Positions 58,801 through 64,000 of a stretch of DNA of 64,000 bases are shown here, piece after piece. This stretch comes from the human T2T-CHM13v2.0 reference genome, Homo sapiens. The translations under genes were made by a program, and so were the position numbers. Every line of letters starts with the position of its first letter. Positions within the stretch are counted from its first letter, which is position 1. The notes under the pieces were generated by a model that was given only the letters and a program-made list of their open reading frames with translations, was not told the DNA's origin and did not search any database. The DNA is taken from NCBI RefSeq assembly GCF_009914755.1, contig NC_060928.1, one strand, 5' to 3'.

Positions 58801-59863
58801 TTTTTTTATTTTTTTTATTTTATATATATATTTTTATTATACTTTAAGTTCTAGGTTACATGTGCACAAGGTGTAGGTTTGTTACATATGTATACATGTG
58901 CCATGTTGGTGTGCTGCACCCATGAACTCATCATTTACATTAGGTATATCTCCTAATGCTATCCTTCCCCCCTCCCCACACCCCATAACAGGCCCCAGTA
59001 TGTGATGTTCCCCTTCCTGTGTCCAAGTGTTCTCATTGTTCAGTTCCCACCTATGAGTGAGAACATGCGGTGTTTGGTTTTTTTATCCTTGCGATAGTTT
59101 GCTGAGAATGATGGTTTCCAGCTTCATCCATGTCCCTACAAAGGACATGAACTCATCATTGTTTATGGCTGCATAGTATTCCACGGTGTATATGTGCCAC
59201 ATCTTCTTAATCCAGTCTATCCTTGTTGGACATTTGGGTTGATTCCAAGTCTTTGCTATTGTGAATAGTGCCACAATAAACATACGTGTGCACGTGTCTT
59301 TATAGCAGCATGATTTATAATCCTTTGGGTATATACCCAGTAACAGGATTGGCTGGGTCAAATGGTATTTCTAGTTCTAGATCCCTGAGGAATCGCCACA
59401 CTGTCTTCCATAATAGTTGAACTAGTTTACAGTCCCACCTACAGTGTAAAAGTGTTCCTATTTCTCCACATGCTCTCCAGCACCTGCTGTTCCCTGAGTT
59501 TTTAATGATCGCCATTCTAACTGGTGTGAGATGATATCTCATTGTGGTTTTGATTTGCATTTCTCTGATGGCCAGTGATGATGATCATTTTTTCAATAAA
59601 ATACTGGCAAACCGAATCCAGCAGCACATCAAAAAGCTTATCCACCATGATCAAGTGGGCTTCATCCCTGGGATGCAAGGCTGGTTCAACATATGCAAAT
59701 CAATAAATGTAATCCAGCATATAAACAGAATCAAAGACAAAAACCACATGATTATCTCAATCGATGCAGAAAAGGCCTTGACAAAATTCAACAGCCCTTC
59801 ATGCTAAAAACTCTCAATAAATTAGGTATTGATGGGACGTATCTCAAAACAATAAGAGCTATT
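58801..59863 (-). mobile_element. 5'-inverted (twin-primed) L1PA5-like element
   Basis: antisense 3' end 58801-59595 joined through tca microhomology to a sense ORF2 piece 59593-59863. Confidence 0.9.
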
Positions 59864-60099
59864 TTTTTTTAATAGAGAGCCTGATAATTTCACTGCAATT
59901 CTTTGTTCCGGGGAAAGGTAAGAAGGAGCCAACTATCTACTCGTTGCCTCCCAGGGATTTAGAAAATTATGCTCTACTTTTAGAAGAGCTTACTCAGGTG
60001 TATAGATTTTTATTTTCCCCATAATAAAAGTAACATTGGGATAGTTGATTACATCAGCTAAATCAGAAACTTGTATTTATAAAAGTTTGGGTGACAGTT

Positions 60100-60510
60100 C
60101 TTGAAAGACTCTCATTCACGTGTAAAAATAGGCCAGTTCCTATTGAGTTAAATTTGGCAATATAACACAAAATTACTTAGGCAATATGATTTGACCCAGA
60201 AATGCAACTTTTAAAAACTTACCCTGAAGATATATTTCAAACACAAAGTAATATATATGCAGATGACTATTCTTTGCTTGTAGATGAAAGTGTTTTAAAG
60301 TAAAAAATAATAGAAACTACCTAAATTTCCAATATAAGATTTTTTTATTTTATGATACATACACCAAATGTAGTACTATTAAGGTGTAAGAGAATGAAGA
60401 AAGTCTATGGACCAATATGGAATAACTTCAGGTGATATTATTCAATGAAAAGATATAAGGACAAAAATGCATATAAAGAATGCTACTTTTTATGTAGGTA
60501 AGAAAAAACA
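60100..60510 (+). mobile_element. L1ME-type 3' fragment
   Basis: aatttggcaata...tttgacccagaaatgcaactttta...taccctgaagata. Confidence 0.6.
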
Positions 60511-60579
60511 GGAAAATGGAAAGTTGCATGCAAGTAGATAATGGGATGGGAAGGATATGTCAGAGACTCTATATATTTG

Positions 60580-62345
60580 TATAACTATATTTTTCGTAAT
60601 TATATATTTTCCTGTAGTTTTTGGCTTTTGGAAGTTGTTAATGTATACATATTCCAATATATCAACAATAATGGGAAGATAAAGTAAAACTGAAAACAGT
60701 TATCAAACTGAAAGAAATAAATGAATTTCAAATGACTAACATGGCCACTTTGAAAAAACAAAAACAAAAGAAGCAAGGCAATCCAAGAACACAGAATTTT
60801 ACTGTATGCCCTCATTTCTGAGTAGGATAAATTTGGTGGGGGAGTAATGAAAACGTTTCCTGAATTCTTTTCAGTGAACTTATATTTGGTAGTGATATGG
60901 TTGAATCCACTTAAAAATAAATTTATTTGTATTGTAGATTGAGAAAATGAGTAAATGTAATGAGATTTGGGGAGCCACAGTCCTCACTACAGAATATATG
61001 ATACACAATATAGAAGGGGAAACATAAGAATAAGTCTCTGAGAAGACGTGTTGGAATTGAGTTTAATATCAGTTTGATACTATGTATATGTATTTTTGCG
61101 CATATATATGCATATGTATAAACAAACAAACTTTCTATTTCTGTCCACAAAGTGAACTTAGGAAGAAAGACAATCCAGTACCAATGGGCATAACTGGAAC
61201 TCCAATCTTAGTTTCTCATAATAGAATTTGTCACTTTCCCCTAAAAAGAACCAGAGCTATTTCTTGAAATGGCTGATTCTAGGCTGGGACAGAATAGACA
61301 AAAGATCATCCTGGGACATCTTGTCATAGCAGAAAGTGAGGAAGTACTCTAAAGGCTGATGGAGACTGTCGCAGTGCATGGGATGTAGCCTGAAGGAGCT
61401 CTAAATAGCCAAAAATAAGACGATTTGAATACCAAAATAATGAAAGACATTAAGAGAGCACAGACCAATGAAAAACTAGAAACCCATGAGTCCATATTGG
61501 ATATTAAACAAACAAAAAATGAGGAGAAGGGAGAACTCTTGCTTACAGTAGATTTGTGAAGGCCAATTTACAGAAGGAGTTCTGGACATGGAGAATCAAC
61601 ATTGCTGTAAAAACTGGTTCAGGTAAAAAGCAAAGGCTTATAAATAAAGAAAGGAATTTGATGAGAAGTAGGCTTAGGGAGATCTCTCTACATATTTCTT
61701 ATTTGCCAGAGAAAAAAATTGCAGCTATACAGACACCACCTTGACTGAGTGATTAAAATTAATATTATTAGTAAAAGGCAGATGAACATAGTGTCTCTCC
61801 AGATGTGATAACCTGAGGAGGACTTAAGAGATCATATCTGTAATATCCTTGCCAGGAATTCACAACCTGTCGGCAAGCAAGAGAAAATACAAGACAAAAT
61901 AAAAATGCAGAAGGTTCTATGAAAAAAAAAAATAAGGTGGTGTGGAAATTGTACTTTTTTTTAAAAAAAGTGGCCATGATAAAAAAGACATGATAAAACT
62001 GTGGAAATATTTCAAATTGAAGGAGACTAAAAGATACAATAACTAAGTTTAATACTTGATCTTGGATTGGACCAAGTAAACTGATGTAGAAAAAAAACAC
62101 TATAAGCAAGGTATTGTATAAATTGGAATATGGACAATAAATTACACAGAAATATAATATTAATATTAAAATTGCTGAAGTTAATAAATGTATATGATTA
62201 TGCTAGTGATCATTCTTATTCTTAGGTATACACTTTGAAATATTTGAGGAATAAAATGCTATGATATATGCAGCTTAATCTCAAATGGTCCAGAAAAGTA
62301 TTGCAGATAGATATTGAAAAAACAGATACAAATATTCATAAACAT
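60580..62345 (+). mobile_element. L1MC3/4-type 3' region
   Basis: aatggctgattctaggctggg...gacatcttgtcatagcagaaagtgaggaagt; caccttgactgagtgattaaaattaatatt. Confidence 0.65.
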
Positions 62346-62357
62346 TGTGTAAAGTGT

Positions 62358-62820
62358 TTTGATGGTTAATATTATATGTCAGCCTGCTTAGTGTATGGTG
62401 ACTGTGTGGTGAAAGACTAGCAGCACAGATGTTGCTCTGAAAGTCTTTTGTTACTGTGATTAACATTTCAATCAGTAGAAATTAAACTAAAGCAGATTAT
62501 CCTCCATAAAGTGGGTGAGCTTTAATAAATTAATTAAAAGCCTTAAGGGCAAAGATCAAGACTTCTTGAAGTTAAAAAAAATCTGAGTCAAGATTGAAAC
62601 ATAAGAACTCTGCCTCAGTTTCCAGCCTGCTGGCCTTCCTTGTGGATTTCAGAGTTGCTAACCTCTACAATTGTGTGAGCCAGTTCCTTAGAATAAGTAC
62701 CACTTTCTCTCTCTCTCTCTTTCTCTCACTCTTACTCTGTCTCTCACTTGTAGCTCATCTCTGTTTGCATATATATACATGCACATTCATTCTGGTTCTC
62801 TAAAAATCCCTAATATAATA
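62358..62820 (+). mobile_element. MLT2D-like solo LTR
   Basis: tgatggttaatattatatgtca...aaagcagattatcctccataa...caattgtgtgagccagttcctta. Confidence 0.85.
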
Positions 62821-63083
62821 GTATGTATATTTACTATATACTATTATTATCCTTGAAACTTTTCTGTATGTTTGAAGATATTTCCATACAAATATTTTTA
62901 AATAATATAACTGTTGCATTTTAAACAATCACATTTACATATTAGCTTGTTCAAATCTATTTATATGTCTATATGTGTATGTATGCATACATGTTTGCAT
63001 GTATATATATTCACATATTATATACATGCACGCACTATATATATATTTTGTCATGCTGAAATAAATATTTTCTCTGTGTTTTA

Positions 63084-63378
63084 AATTTAATTTTTATTTT
63101 TTAACTTTTATTTTAATTTCAGGGGTATATGTGCAGGTTTGTTATATAGGTAAACTTATGTCATGAGTTTGTTGTACAGATTATTCATCATCCAGGTACG
63201 AAGGCTAATATTTATTAGTTGTTTTTCCTGGTCCTCTTTCTCCTCCCACCCTCCACCCTCTGATAGGCCTCAGTGTGTATTGTTCCCCTGTATGTGTCCG
63301 TGTGTTCTCATAATTTAGTTTCCACTTATAAGTGAGAACATGAGGTATTTGGTTTTCTGTTCCTGCATTAGTTTGCTG
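63084..63378 (-). mobile_element. Short L1PA13-like 3' end
   Basis: ttcaggggtatatgtgcaggtttgttatataggtaaac...cacttataagtgagaacatg. Confidence 0.88.
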
Positions 63379-63595
63379 TGTTCTTAGCATTTTGATAGTC
63401 GCATGGAAGAAAATGCAAATGAGTTCTGAAATGCAAAAAAAAGTATTTGTAGGCAAACTAGATCAGGAAAGTGATCAAAGAGAATGTTTCTTTAAATATT
63501 CAAAAATCTATAAATAAACTTAAAATTATTGAAAGCCTTTAATTAACAGATTCCTATAGTACATCAGTGAGAAACGAGTTTTCAGTAAGATCATT

Positions 63596-63645
63596 TTATC
63601 TATCTTTTTATCTATCTATCTGTCTATATTTTTCAATCTATCTTT
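63596..63645. repeat. (TCTA)n degenerate microsatellite
   Basis: direct reading. Confidence 0.7.
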
Positions 63646-64000
63646 ACTACTTTCCATATGTAGTAAAGGGTACTCTATAAACAAACAAGCCAGTGTGAAC
63701 TCTAACATAGAAATTTATACTTTTAGACAGAAAGGTTTTTCATTTAAAATTTAAAGGTAAATTCTACAGCTTACCAATTAAATACCTGTAGCATATTTTA
63801 ACACTCTTGGACTCCTATACACAACTATTTTTAACAACTTTGCCTGCTTAACATAATGGTTCTATTTTTTCTTCTCTAGGAATCTAGTTTGTTCCCAAGT
63901 TACCATATCTCAGAGGCATATAATGCTGTCCAATTCTCTTGAAAACAAAAATGTAAGTAGTTATAGCTCTTGGCAATTTATTGTACCAGTAATTACTCAT

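Noticed and set aside
59544-59807. 87-aa ORF with an RT-like segment
   Set aside because: Chimeric frame spanning the L1 inversion junction

Overview
AT-rich primate (human-like: AluY, L1PA4-type, THE1 and MER41 elements) intergenic DNA with no supportable intact host gene. Most of the window from ~10.5 kb onward is nested retroelements: L1s, Alus, MaLR LTRs, a near-complete but dead HERV-L provirus, a full-length THE1 element and an ERV3-16A3/LTR16 remnant. Non-repeat highlights: (1) an IFITM3/IFITM2-like processed pseudogene (35585-36241, 15-bp TSD, poly-A). Its 112-codon ORF from the second Met is intact and lies ~1.1 kb downstream of a same-strand MER41B LTR that keeps a perfect STAT1 GAS site. 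This is the best candidate for a functional system (an interferon-inducible retrocopy), but it is a hypothesis only. (2) An old mitochondrial insertion (tRNA-Ser/tRNA-Leu/ND5 start) with non-human-like mtDNA states. (3) An L1 3' transduction, a twin-primed L1 with a large gap, and two local templated duplications. Family and subfamily names come from recalled consensus sequences, not a database search; boundaries of old repeats are approximate.
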